This document shows, piece by piece, positions 26,483 through 39,014 of a stretch of DNA of 64,000 nt. A program made the position numbers and the translations under genes. The notes under the pieces are model-generated. The model was not told where the DNA came from, searched no databases, and saw nothing but the letters and a program-made list of their open reading frames with translations. Numbering within the stretch: position 1 is the stretch's first letter; each line of letters opens with the position of its first letter. Source of the DNA: Octopus sinensis (lineage: Eukaryota); NCBI RefSeq assembly GCF_006345805.1, contig NC_043005.1, positions 26,722,001 to 26,786,000 of the forward strand. The letters run 5' to 3'.

Positions 26483-27571
26483 GGAAAATATCTACTTCAG
26501 AAGGAAGGAAAACTGATCCAGATAGCGGCAAAAACACGAGCAAAAACAAAAAACTGTTCTCAGTATTTAAGGAAGCTGAAAATACAAACAAGAAATCATA
26601 CCACTTAATAAACATGAAGAAGAGAAGATGAAGAAGAAGAAAAACAAAAGCTATAAAACAAATGAAATCCAAACTAAAAATAGAACAGCAACGAACCATG
26701 ATAAAACGATGGCAAGAAAAGCCCCTTCATGGTAAATACTGGACTAAACTGAACGCAAAAGAAATAGACAAAGAAAAATCCCAGCAATGGTTGAGAAGCT
26801 CAGGACTCAAAGCAGAAACAGAGGGATTTTTAAATTGCAAGCACAAGACCAAAGCCTCCCCACCAGAAATTACCAAAACATGTAATGAAAAGAAAATTAC
26901 AAGTAACTGCAGAATATGTGGAGATGGACAAGAAACAATAAATCATATTATCTCTAGCTGCCCAGTCCTGGCTAAGAAGGAATATATTCATAGACATGAC
27001 AGAGTTGGAACCTACATACATTGGAAGCTATGCCAACATTATGGAATAACAACAGAAAAAAGATGGTTAGGCACACACCAGAAAGGTCACAGAAAACGAG
27101 AAAGCAACCATACTCTGGGATATGCCTATACACACAGATAGAGAAATTAAGGCCACAGACCAGATATAGTTGTCAGAGACCATGAGAAAAAAAATGCTTT
27201 CTAATTGATGTATCAATACCGGCTGATGACAACGTGTCTCTAAAGAAATGGAGAAACTCTCAAATACAAAGACCTGGAAATCGAGGGGAACTAGAATGTG
27301 GAATCTGAAACAGAGAAACAATTCCTATAATAGTAGGTGCATTAGGCATGATAAAAAAATATTCAGACAAATACATAAACAAAAAAACACCAGGACTACA
27401 AACACATATAACATACAGAAAATTGCATTACTAGGCACTGCACACATCCTACGCAGAACACTTTCCATACAATAACCATCAGAGCATCACAACAAATCAC
27501 AGCACATACCCAAGGCACACAGAGCTGCGCTCGGTAGTGAAGTGGAAAGCACGCCTATAAAAATAAAACTA

Positions 27572-27575
<4 letters not shown>
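26482..27575 (+). mobile_element. 5'-truncated Dong/R4-like RLE LINE inserted in (TAA)n
   Basis: WQEKPLHGKY, GLKAETEG, CRICGDGQETINHIISSC, YIHRHD, RPDIVV..DVSIP..EKLSKYKDL, ALLGTAHILRR. Ends ACTACTGAATAATAAT; (AAT)n on both sides. Confidence 0.92.
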
Positions 27576-27642
<67 letters not shown>

Positions 27643-27643
27643 T

Positions 27644-27757
27644 AAATGCCCTGATGCAGTACCAGGCAGTGGCTCTCATGGCTTCTGATCTTAACTGATT
27701 GGAAGTGTTATCATGTACATTGTTTTGTCTTGGTATAAAAGATGGGCTACAGCAAAT
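27644..27757. repeat. Unclassified interspersed repeat abutting (TAA)n; second, longer copy at 45846-46115
   Basis: AATGCCCTGATGCAGTACCAGGCAGTGGCTCTCATGG matches the reverse complement of ~46075-46112. Confidence 0.75.
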
Positions 27758-27771
27758 TGTCTGTCTGTCTC

Positions 27772-27804
<33 letters not shown>

Positions 27805-27874
27805 CTGTCTGTCTATCTCTCCGTCTGTCTCTCTATCTATCTGCTTATCTGTCTTTCTGTCTGTATTCTTTTAT

Positions 27875-28096
27875 TTTTATTCTTTTGCTTGTTTCAGTCA
27901 CTTGACTGCGGCCATGCTGGTGCACCGCCCTTAGTCCAACAAATCGACCCCAGGAGCTATTTTTTGTAAGCCTAGTAATTATTCTATCGGTCGCTTTTAC
28001 CGAGCCGTTAAGTTACGGAAACAAGTACAGACACACCAACATCGGTTGTCAAGCGATGGTGGAGGACAGAGACACACAAGCACACACACACGCACA

Positions 28097-28139
<43 letters not shown>

Positions 28140-28325
28140 TGCACGCACACACACACACAAAAACACACACACGACGGGTTTATTCTAGTTTCCGTCTACC
28201 AAATCCACTCACAATGTCTTGGTCGGAGATTATAGTAGAAGACACTTGCCCAAGGTGCCACGCATTGGGACTGAACCGAGAACCATGTGGTTGGAAAGCA
28301 AGCTATTCACCACACAGCCACTCCT
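27875..28325 (-). mobile_element. OR2-like SINE, near full length
   Basis: Head CACACAGCCACTCCTGAGCC at ~28310; tail CTTTTATTCTTTTGCTTGTTTCAGTC at ~27875. Confidence 0.85.
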
Positions 28326-29048
28326 GAGCCTTATCTTATGTTTAATTTTTTTTTTGTGTCAATTCGAGCGTTTTTAAACCTTCGCTCTTCGTTTCACAGC
28401 CGCACTTTTCAAAGAGTAAACAACCAGTTTTCCCAACCTAATTTGCTTACGTTTACGCACAAATATACGCATTGTCAAGGCCTTTCACTTTGCACACGTC
28501 ACCCGACAGCAATTCTTGTCACACACATTTATCCACATACTCACACACACACACGTTTCCACACCCTCCACATAACTATTACCCCCCCCCACACACACAC
28601 ACATATCATCGTACCCTCCCTACGCTCTCTAACCAATGTCACCATATTTCCACACGTAGACCGATTTTATTGATACATTGACCTCACCAGTACACACGCT
28701 TGTCACATTCCTCTCATATTCATGCGTCCATTTAAAGAGCCACTCCGACGCACGCACCTGTACCTACCTCTCCTTCTCGTTTGAACTTCTCCATAGAAAG
28801 CCATTCCTTTTGTAGTTTTTATCCTTTAATTTTACCCTTGACTTTCGCTTTTACCTCAATTGTAAGGTGAAAAGTTAGCAAAGGCATTTACACCCCAAGC
28901 AAAATGTTTAACGGCATTTCGCTCGTCTTTACGTTCTGAGTTCAAATTCTGCAGAATCTGACTTTACCTTTCATCCGTTTCGGGTCGATAAAATAAGCAA
29001 CATTTGTTTTCGATACGCTGATTTTTTTCCTTTTCTTATGCTTTTCTA

Positions 29049-29088
29049 TTTCTTCTGAAGAAGGACTAACATCTGAAACGTTAGGAGA
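29049..29088 (+). ncRNA. Minimal type I hammerhead motif with canonical core
   Basis: TTTCTT CTGAAGA AGG-ACTAACA-TCT GAAA CGT T AGGAGA. Stems I and II use G.U pairs. Confidence 0.55.
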
Positions 29089-29437
29089 CTTCGCACTCAT
29101 TTCAAGTTGCGAAGTGTTAAACTACCTTTTTTTCTTTCCCTGTTACACTTTCCGCTTTTAATGTCTGTTGTTCTTACATTATGTATACACACACAAACAC
29201 ACACACACACAATTACGTGTGTGTGTGTGTGTGATTCTCAGTATATGTGTGAATATGTGCATGTGATCCTGCGCGTGTGTTTGTGCTTTACTATGTAAGT
29301 GAAGGTAGGCGTGTATGGATGGGTGCGCTTAAACAGGGATGGAGTACAAGCTTAACAGAGTACCATTGATTCCGTTATTCAATGATTGCATTCTGTTCTC
29401 CACACTAACCTGTAAATCTTCACACACACGTACACAC

Positions 29438-29481
<44 letters not shown>

Positions 29482-29981
29482 AGACACACATACACACATC
29501 TTCACTGATATAGCGATACCCACTGAAACACAAAAACACTGGCACACCATCAATAACATATATATTCACACATGTAAATACAAACACACCTACACAAACA
29601 CACACACATTCTCACGCACAAGCATAAACACTCAACCTGTTCACGCGAGCATGAACACACTCTCATGTACATACAAAGCCACGTACTTACAAACGTACTT
29701 GTTGAGGCATTCATGCACGACAGAATTAGTCATTCCTGCCAGCTGAGTGGCACTGAGCGGCACCCTAACCGCTAAGCCACGCGCCTCACCATATTGCGGT
29801 TTATTATTTAAGCTTACGTCGATTTCTCTGTGGTGTTGTTTTGCGTAAAAATAAATGCATACAAATTATAAAAATAAATGAAAAAAATATACAGTACTGT
29901 TTCTACTTCACGGATTTTCACCAATCGCAGGGGATTTTGGAACGTTACACCTGAGATATGCGAGGGATTACTGTATATATA

Positions 29982-30074
<93 letters not shown>

Positions 30075-30087
30075 ATGTATATATATA

Positions 30088-30486
30088 TCTTTATATATAA
30101 AAGAGAGGTTGCGTGTCTGCCTCCTACGATTTAGATTCCTAGCTACTCCCAGATTTTGCGGTGCAGTTTAACCAAAACCGGGTATCTTATAGTCGTGATT
30201 CATATCGAGCCCTTCTGGGTATTAGCGCGCGTCTATGATGAGTCTACGATTTAAAAAAAATTACCATCATTTTTTTCCATTTTAATGCATTTTTTTCGCT
30301 ATTATATAAGGGAAGTAACTCTCTAAAAATGTCTACGATGAGTCAACGATTTAAAAAAAAAATTTACCATCATTTTTTTTTCTATTTTTAATGCATTTTT
30401 TTGCTACTTTTTGGCTATAACTCTCTAAAAATGCTTATATAGTTATTTCCCTTACAAACCCGAGCAACGCCGGGCGATACTGCTAG
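30088..30486 (+). mobile_element. Non-autonomous Helitron, family N1, copy 1
   Basis: A|TC 5' end, subterminal hairpin CCCG-AGCAACGC-CGGG (30459-30474), CTAG|T 3' end, internal duplication. Confidence 0.88.
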
Positions 30487-30544
30487 TAATATATATATAA
30501 AATATATATATTATATATAATATATATATAAATATATATATCTG

Positions 30545-31020
30545 TTATTTTATAAAAAAAACATTTTAGCACCGGTTTCAGTCATTGAGACTTCTTCAAC
30601 TGTAAGCATGGAAGACAATTAAATTTTGGAATAAATGAAACGAAAAGTTTTTTAAAAGAATATTTGCATAGTATTCAAATACAAGGGGCATTTTCCTTGT
30701 TTCTGCATGTCTCTGTCTCTCTTATTTACTCTTGTCGGTTCGAACCCTTTTCGGGGCTACTTAATTTGAATTCTTACTATCGGATAACTAATTTTATGTT
30801 AATACATAACTGACTTCACAATATGGGTATTCATAACTTATTGGGAATTCCTAAGAACAAGATCCTGTGTAAGACAGTTCGGTATTCTCTGTAAATGCAC
30901 AAAAACCGTTTTAAGGGCTACATACTTTGTACTGTTGTTATTGGATGAGCGAAACAATTATGAGAACAGAACCAAGGGATATGTCCCGGTTTTCCTGGGA
31001 ATTACCGGTTATGTCAGCAA
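30545..31020 (-). mobile_element. Decayed PLE 3' end with HHR-like motif at 30565-30606
   Basis: Minus strand: TTGAAGA AGTC-TCAAT-GACT GAAACCGGT. Upstream LKTVFVHLQRIPNCLTQDL resembles a GIY-YIG C-terminus. (TA)n on both sides. Confidence 0.45.
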
Positions 31021-31031
31021 GTATATGTATA

Positions 31032-31079
<48 letters not shown>

Positions 31080-31082
<3 letters not shown>

Positions 31083-31200
31083 GCCGTGGGTGTGTGGCAA
31101 GAATCAGACCTCACAGTTCCGGGTTCAGTCCCACTGCATGGCAAACTGGGCAGGTGTCTTCTAATACGGCCGGCCAAAAGCCTTGTGAATGGATTTAGTA
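31080..31200 (+). mobile_element. OR2-like SINE head fragment
   Basis: CCGGGTTCAGTCCCACTGC..GGGCAGGTGTCTTCTA..GCCTTGTGAATGGATTT. Confidence 0.75.
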
Positions 31201-31204
31201 TAAG

Positions 31205-31265
<61 letters not shown>

Positions 31266-31276
31266 TATATATATAT

Positions 31277-31941
31277 ATAACATAAGGGACTAAAAGCCAT
31301 CTGAATATGGCTAGGGACAGGGCAGGGTGGTGGGGGTGTTACTGTTGCATTTAGCCCCAGGCGAACATCGACGTCGCCAGGTAAGCTTGACACCATCACG
31401 GTGTCCTTTAACCTGCAAAGGGAGATAATTCCCCGATGAAGCGGAAACCACACACGGACCATGGTTTCAAGGTGTATTTCCTATCATCAACGTGTGGTAG
31501 GCCTCCGCTTCCTCGACGAAATCTCAGTCTGCAGGATATTCATATATAGATTTTCAAGCAAAATACATTTGCTGATTTCGAAAATCTGTTCGACAGCAAT
31601 AATAATTCTCTAAATGAGATATAGACAGTAACAGCTCGATAACATAAGGGACTAAAGCCATCTGAATATGGCTAGGGACAGGGCAGGGTAGTGGGGGTGT
31701 TACTGTGTGGTCCGTGTGTGGTTTTCCGCTTCATCGGGGAATTATCTCCCTTTGCAGGTTTTAAAGGACACCGTGATGGTGTCAAGCCTACCTGGCGACG
31801 TCGATGTTCCGGGGCCTGGGGCTAAATGCAACAGTAACACCCCACCATCCTGCCCTGTCCCTAGCCATATTCAGATGGCTTTAGTCCCTTATGTTATCGA
31901 GCAGTTACTGTCTATATCTCATTTAGAGAATTATTATTGCT
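31277..31941. mobile_element. Non-coding HHR-bearing element: ~1.2 tandem units (362-nt period) plus an inverted partial unit
   Basis: ATAACATAAGGGACT at 31277 and 31639. 31708-31941 is the reverse complement of 31277-31462 joined to 31595-31638. (TA)n on both sides. Confidence 0.85.
31451..31496 (-). ncRNA. Type I hammerhead motif (GUC triplet)
   Basis: CACACG TTGATGA TAGG-AAATACA-CCTT GAAAC CATG GTC CGTGTG. 6-bp stem I, palindromic ACCATGGT stem III, C3>U. Confidence 0.65.
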
Positions 31942-32072
31942 ATATATTATATATATATTATAATATATATAATATATATATATATATATAGTTGATTCAT
32001 TCGACTAGAATTTCTTGAAGGCGGTGCACCAGCATGGCCGCAGTCTAATGACTGAAACGTAAACGATAAAAG

Positions 32073-32126
<54 letters not shown>

Positions 32127-32543
32127 ATATATATATATCTATCTATCTATTTGTCTAGCTATCTACGTGTGTGTGTTTGTATGTGAGAGAGAGAGTGTGT
32201 GTGTGTGTCTTTGCTTGTTATCGCTAGTAATGGAGGTAACAGCTAATGAAAGAAGTATTCTTGAAAGATCACTCATTTTCCATGCAGAATTGAATATGAT
32301 CTGCTGGAAGACGTATCGCTAGTGCTGTGAAGCAGGATTAATTTGGCTTAAGATATCTGCGGACGTGTACTTCCATTAAGAGCGGCGCTCAATAAGCACC
32401 ACTGGAACCACAAGTGTGGGGCATAAAATTTGTCCGGGTGCATCCCCATTGTGCTTAATGGTCAGTGACGGTCGTCCTCAGTCAGGAGAGGACAGACAAC
32501 AATACAGACCCACACACACACACACATGTACTATATATAATAA

Positions 32544-32591
<48 letters not shown>

Positions 32592-32683
32592 ATATAATAT
32601 ATGCATATATATTAATTACTAGTGATGCCCGGTTTGTAGGGTTACCTACAATATTTTAAAGAGGCCATAGGCCATCAGGACTT

Positions 32684-32740
32684 AGGGTCTGAAGACACGC
32701 CATAAAAGTACCCTTTATGGCAAGAAACCCAGGGTAACCT
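32684..32740 (+). ncRNA. Hammerhead-like motif upstream of a GIY-YIG fragment
   Basis: GGGT CTGAAGA CAC GCCATAAA-AGTACCC-TTTATGGC AA GAAACC CAG GGTA ACCT. Base of stem II is mismatched. Confidence 0.5.
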
Positions 32741-32799
32741 CATAAACCGGCCTTTACCAGCAATTAATATAGACTGCACTACTCCTTGGAGCGTGCTTC

Positions 32800-33850
32800 T
32801 CCGTACTTACGTTTTTCTAAAAAACTGATTTTATATGGCCCTACAGAGGGTAATTTCAAGGCCAGGTTCAATAACCACACCTTGAGTTTTAGGCACTGGA
32901 ACAAAAGAAAAGCGACAAAATTATCTAATCATATTTGGTCTTTAAAAGATAAAGGTGTCGATTATAACATCCATTGGAAGATTTTGGCCAAATGTAAGCC
33001 CTATACCAACGGCAGCGGAAGGTGCGGTCTATGCGACATGGAGAGATGGCTTATCTGGAAATTCAGCTTAGACCCTACTACATGTCTAAACTCAAGGACA
33101 GAACTTTTCGGATCATGCCCACTAAATTTTTGTTACGTTTTTGATCCCCTAAAGAAAACAGATAGAACTTGCTTTCTATGTTATGTCCCAAAAAGTTTTT
33201 TATCTCATTATACCTTTTATTATTTCATATATTTTTCTATTTTCACACATAATAATTTTTTCTGTACTTTTATATCCTGCATTTTTTCCTGTGCCTATAT
33301 AGACGTGTATATAGATTCATTTGTACACGTGTGTGAATATGTATGAGTGGGCAGTTTTAGATGTGTGCGTGTGTGCGGGCATAAGAATGCACATATATAT
33401 ATAGACGTTTTTACTTAGTATTTTTCAAAAAATTTTTTGGGGTGGGGGACATATGTATATTCATTTTTTGTATATGCGTGTGTATGTATGCGTATATAAA
33501 TATGTGCAGGTACGTACATATATGGGCGTGTGTGTGTATGAGTGCATAGGGGCATGTCCGTATATGAACGTGGTTTTTATGCTTTGTATACTTCCTTATG
33601 TTTTTTTTCTGTTATCTTTAACCATGGTTTTTCTTGTGTTTGTGCGTATATAGACGTATGTATGAACTTTTACGGTACGCACGTGAGTTCGCGAGCAGAA
33701 TTATAATACAGTAATTTCCCTTTATATAACGGTATTTTTTCATAGCGTTTTTCAGATGGCCAGATAACCGAAGAGATGGTGTTGTGGATTTCCACTTCGG
33801 CATCTGAAACTCAGAGTTTTATCTTGACTATTGAGTAAATGTAACATTAT
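32800..33850 (+). mobile_element. PLE 3' portion, second family: GIY-YIG C-half, 3' UTR, terminal HHR-like motif (33762-33824)
   Basis: YGPTEGNFKARFNNHTLSFRH..TKLSNHIWSLK..WKILAKCKPY..CGLC..E..LI..CLNSRTEL. Terminal AGATAA CCGAAGA GATG..CATC T GAAAC TCAGA GTT TTATCT. Confidence 0.85.
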
Positions 33851-33869
33851 TTTATAGATATATATATAT

Positions 33870-34040
33870 ATCTTTGGGCATAGGACGTCACAAACAGTAA
33901 ACAACATGAAATACGAAAACAAATGAGTTGCATACGCAAACAACGAGAGAAAGAAATGGAAAATAGGACAAGTAACATAAAGTACGACCCTTCATCAGTT
34001 GTCGGCTGCCTATCTACTCCTCATTTCGAGCATGTATGTA
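33870..34040 (-). mobile_element. PLE-type terminal fragment facing the previous element across (TA)n
   Basis: Minus strand CTGATGAAGGG (partial HHR). Similar fragment at ~41350-41450. Confidence 0.5.
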
Positions 34041-34097
34041 TTTATATATGTATATACAAATGTGTGTGTACATCCACGTGTGATGCATATATATATA

Positions 34098-34390
34098 TCT
34101 TTATATATAAAAGTCAAGTTGTGTGTCTGTCTCCTACGATTTAGATTCCTAACTACTCCCACATTTTGCGGTGCAGTTTAACCAAAACCGGGTATCTTAT
34201 AGTCGTGATTCATATCGAGCCCTTCTGGGTATTAGCACGCGTCTACGATGAGTCAACGATTTAAAAAAAATTTATCATTATTTTTTTCCATTTTTAATGC
34301 TTTTTTGCTATTTTTTGGCTATAACTCTCTAAAAATGCTTATATAGTTATTTCCCTTACAAACCCGAGCAACGCCGGGCGATACTGCTAA
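34098..34390 (+). mobile_element. Non-autonomous Helitron, family N1, copy 2
   Basis: Homologous to 30088-30486 without the internal duplication; same hairpin; 3' end CTAA|T. Confidence 0.88.
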
Positions 34391-34438
34391 TATTATATAT
34401 ATATATATATATACGGATATGTGTAATATATATTATAT

Positions 34439-34476
<38 letters not shown>

Positions 34477-37400
34477 GTCGCAGCCCTCCCCCACATACAC
34501 GACACCAACCACGCCCTCCGTCTCTTCAATTCCTTTTCCTTCCCTTCCAGCCCCTCACACCTCTCTTCACTTTAGATGTAAAATCCCTGTACACAGTGAT
34601 TCCCCACAATGACGGTCTCCTAGCCCTCCAACACTTCCTGGACCGTCGTCCCGACCCCACCCCAGCACCCCCACCCTTCTCCGTTTGCCGAGCTCGTCCT
34701 CACCCTCAATTGCTTCACGTTCGCCGGGGAAACGTACCAACAGGTGTCCGGGGTCGCGATGGGAACTAGGATGGGCCCCAATTTCGCCAGTCTCTTTCTT
34801 GGCTACATTGAGGCCCAAGTGTTCTCCCAGTTCTCTGGGCCGACCCCCCGAACTATACGGTCGTATATCGACGACTGCGTAGGTGCCACCTCCCTTTCCC
34901 GTGAACTTCTCTGCCAATTCATCTCTTCCTTTCCAACTTTCACCCCTCCCTTCAATTCACCTCCACCATCTCCAACACCTCTGTCAACTTCCTTGACATC
35001 TCTCTCCGCATCGATCACCCCTCCAGATCTCTCACCACCACCGCCTTTTTTAAACCTACGGATTCCCACCTCTATCTCAACTTCTCTTCCTCCCACCCCT
35101 TCCACACCAAACGAGCCATCCCCTACTCCCAGTTCCTCCCGCCTCCGACGTTTGTGCAGCCGCGACCAGGATTTCGAGACCCAATCTCAATACCTGGCCC
35201 GCATGTTCAGACTCCGAGGTTACCCACCCATACTCCTCTCTGATGCCCTCACCCGCGCCCGTCGCATCGACCGCACTACCGCCCTGTCTCCTTCCCCCCC
35301 CCCCCCCCCCCAACCGCACCCCCTTCCCCCTCCTTTTCCACCCCTCTACCCTACCCCTTCGTCGCAAGATACTACGTGCCTTCCGTCGCCTCCAGCTTGA
35401 TCCCACCACCCGCCCCATTTTCCCTAACCTACCCCTGTCCTCTTTCAAACGAGCCCGCAATCTGCGTGACCTCCTGGTCCACAGCACCCTCTCTCCTTCC
35501 CCCTCAGCCCCACACGGATCATTCCCTTGCTCTAGATCCCGCTGCAACTTGCCCCTTCATCACCAACACCACCGCTGTCACCGGCTCCAACCTGCACACT
35601 GTACGCATTAGGCACTCTTTTACGTGCACCTCGTCTGGCCTTATTTACTGCATTAAATGCAACCTATGCGGGATGCTGTATGTAGGACAGACGGGACGCC
35701 GGTTGTCCGACCGTTTCACTGAGCACTTAAGGGACGTTCGCCTACACTCTCTTTCTCCCGTCGCACGCCACTTCCGCTCGGCCGGCCATTCCCTAGATGA
35801 CATCTCAGTGTTTGGTCTCGCCCCCCACCAAGGTCGCCCACTTCCAGGCTCCACTTGGAGCAACGCTACATCTTCACCCTACAAACTACCACCCCACACG
35901 GACTTAACACAGCCCCCTCCTCTTGAGATCTGTTTTTTTTTTTTTTTTTTTTTTGGCACACCACCCACACACACCACCCACCTGCCTCCCACACGCACAC
36001 ACCACCCACCTACCTCCCACACACACCCAACACCTACCTCCCACACGCCTGTTCACACACACACATACGCAGACCCATTTACGTACATACATTCACACAT
36101 TTAATCACACACACTTACAGACATACTAGCACACACTAACATACAAACCAACATGCACATACACACACATACATACATACGCACACACATACATACTTAC
36201 ACACACACACACACACACAGACATACATACACACATACACACACACATACATACGCACATACATACACACACACTCACACACACACACACCGCACGTACA
36301 TACTTCACCACACACATGCAAACATACATGTAGGCACATACATACATACATGCCCACACATGCACACCCTTACACTGAATGCACACACACATACACCTTT
36401 TGCATCCAGGCAGCCCCCCCTCTTTTCTGCTTTCCGGTTTTGGCTGATGGATCCTCGGTTCCTGCGTAGCGGGGCGTTCGAGGGCTTTGCGCTCGCGCGC
36501 CTTGGCGCGCGCTGGGGGCTTGGTCGGCCCCTGGGCTTGCGTTGTACTGCTTGTGCGTTGTGTGCGTGAGCGCGCTTTGTGCGTGTGGGCTTGCTTCGGA
36601 TGTGCGCGTACGTATGTATGCATACATACCCACACACTCGCATGCATCCCTACCCACATACATACACGCACACCTACACACACACACATACACAACATAC
36701 CTGCAACACACACACATACATACATACACATACATACCTACTTCAGACATACACACACACAGACATACACCCATACACTCACACTCACACGCATACACAC
36801 ACACACACATACACACGCACACGTACACATACACACACACACACACTACATACATACATTACACTTGTATACACACCACTTACATTCATACACACACACA
36901 CCTACACAGCCATACCCTCACTCAGACACACACATCTACCTACACACACACACAAACACACACGGACACACACCCATACACACATACATCTACACACACA
37001 CGCCTACACACATACATACACACATACATAAACACACACACATATACTTATACACATGCACACACACACACATACATACATACACCCATATACATACATA
37101 CACACATACCCACACACTCCTATACGCACATACATACACAAAGACATACACACTTACACACTCACACAAACATACACACACACATACTTACACACACACT
37201 CACCTGCACGCGCACACACATGCATGACAAACACCCATACACTCACACTCACATACGCACACACCAACATAAACACGCACACGCACACACACACCTACAC
37301 TCCCACACACATACACACGCACCTACATACACACACGCACGCATACACACGCATACACACATACATTACACACGTACACACACACCCACATACACATGCA

Positions 37401-38964
37401 TACACACACACACACAAACATGCACGGACACACCCAGACATACACACATACACCTTATATACACACGCCCACACACCTACATACACACACATATACACAC
37501 GCCCACACACCTACATACACACACATACATACACACACATACACGGACACACCCACACATACTTACATACATACACCTATACACACACGCCTACACACCT
37601 ACATACACACACATGCATACACACACACACACATGTACGCACATACACACACATATACGCACATACATATATACCCACACACATGCACACACACACACAC
37701 ATACGCACATGCATGCACACGCGCACACCTACACGCATACACACACACACACGCACGTACACATACATACATACACACACGCATACATACACCCATACAC
37801 ATACATGCATCCGACACACACATACATACACACTCACACATACATACACACACAACACTCAACACACACCTGTATGTACGCGCACACACATGCACATACA
37901 CACACTTCCCCACACCACACGTACATACATACACACTCACACACATACACACACACACACGGACATACATCTATGCACACACATACATACACACATACTC
38001 ACATACATTCATCGGACACACTGCCACCCAGACATACACACAGACACACTCACACATCCACACACATACATACTTACGCGCATACTCGCAGGCACGCGCA
38101 CATACGCACTTGCGCCGGCTCGCGCTGCATACGCGCGCATACACCTCGCCCTTGGACCTGACGAGACCTCCCGCCCGTTCCTGGGACCGTCGCGCGTGTC
38201 GTTGGGTTTTCCCACGCCTGTCTCCGCGGTACCACTCTTCCATCTTCCCCTCAGCTGGAGTCCTTTTTCCTTAACCCCCCCTTTTTCGTTACACACACGC
38301 GCACACATATACACACCTTGCCTATATATATACATCACTCTTACACACATTCAATCTACTCGCCATTAATACCACCACGACACTGGACACACACACACAC
38401 TACTACTCAACACACGCTGGCACGCTACATACGCCCCCACCCCTTCCCTCCCTCCCTTCCTCCTTCCTTTTTCTTACTACTGACCTCCCTTCCTCCTTCC
38501 TTCTTTTCTTATACTGACCTCGTCTGCTAGCTGACCACTAGTCTCGCCCTACCTCACACGCCTACACACAGACGCACACCACTACAACACAGACATATTT
38601 TTTTTTTTTTCATCTCGCCTCACACACACACATACACACACGCACATGCACACACTCACACATACACACACATCTGTTGGGTTACCAACCTTGTCTCCAC
38701 TCTTTTGCCTTTAAAAACCCACTTTGCTCTTGTTATCGTCAACATCCGCTTTCACCATGTGCAACTCGTAAACACCAGTGTCGTCTTTTTTCTCTTCCCT
38801 GTTGCCCGCTCTGGGATCTTTCTTTCCTCTCTCTTCCTTCTATGTTTCCGACGAAGAGCTCCGCTCGAAACGTCATACCTCCCTGCTTCCATCTCCTGAG
38901 CGCCTATTAATAATAATACTGTAATGTGTCCTGTTGTTGTTGTTTTTTTGTTTCCCTTTGGATT

Positions 38965-38968
<4 letters not shown>
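34477..38968 (+). mobile_element. 5'-truncated Penelope-like element: RT + GIY-YIG (34477-35930), 2.7 kb CA-rich tract, HHR-bearing terminus
   Basis: TLDVKSLYTVIPH, SGVAMGTRMGPNFA, SYIDDC, RLRRLCS, CTSSGLIYCIKCNLCGMLYVGQTGRRLSDRFTEH. HHR-like motif at 38848-38874; (TA)n at both ends. Confidence 0.92.

Positions 38969-39014
<46 letters not shown>

Noticed and set aside
38158-38205. CTGACGA-GACC.. possible hammerhead
   Set aside because: No GAAA and no convincing stem II partner; the region may be low quality.
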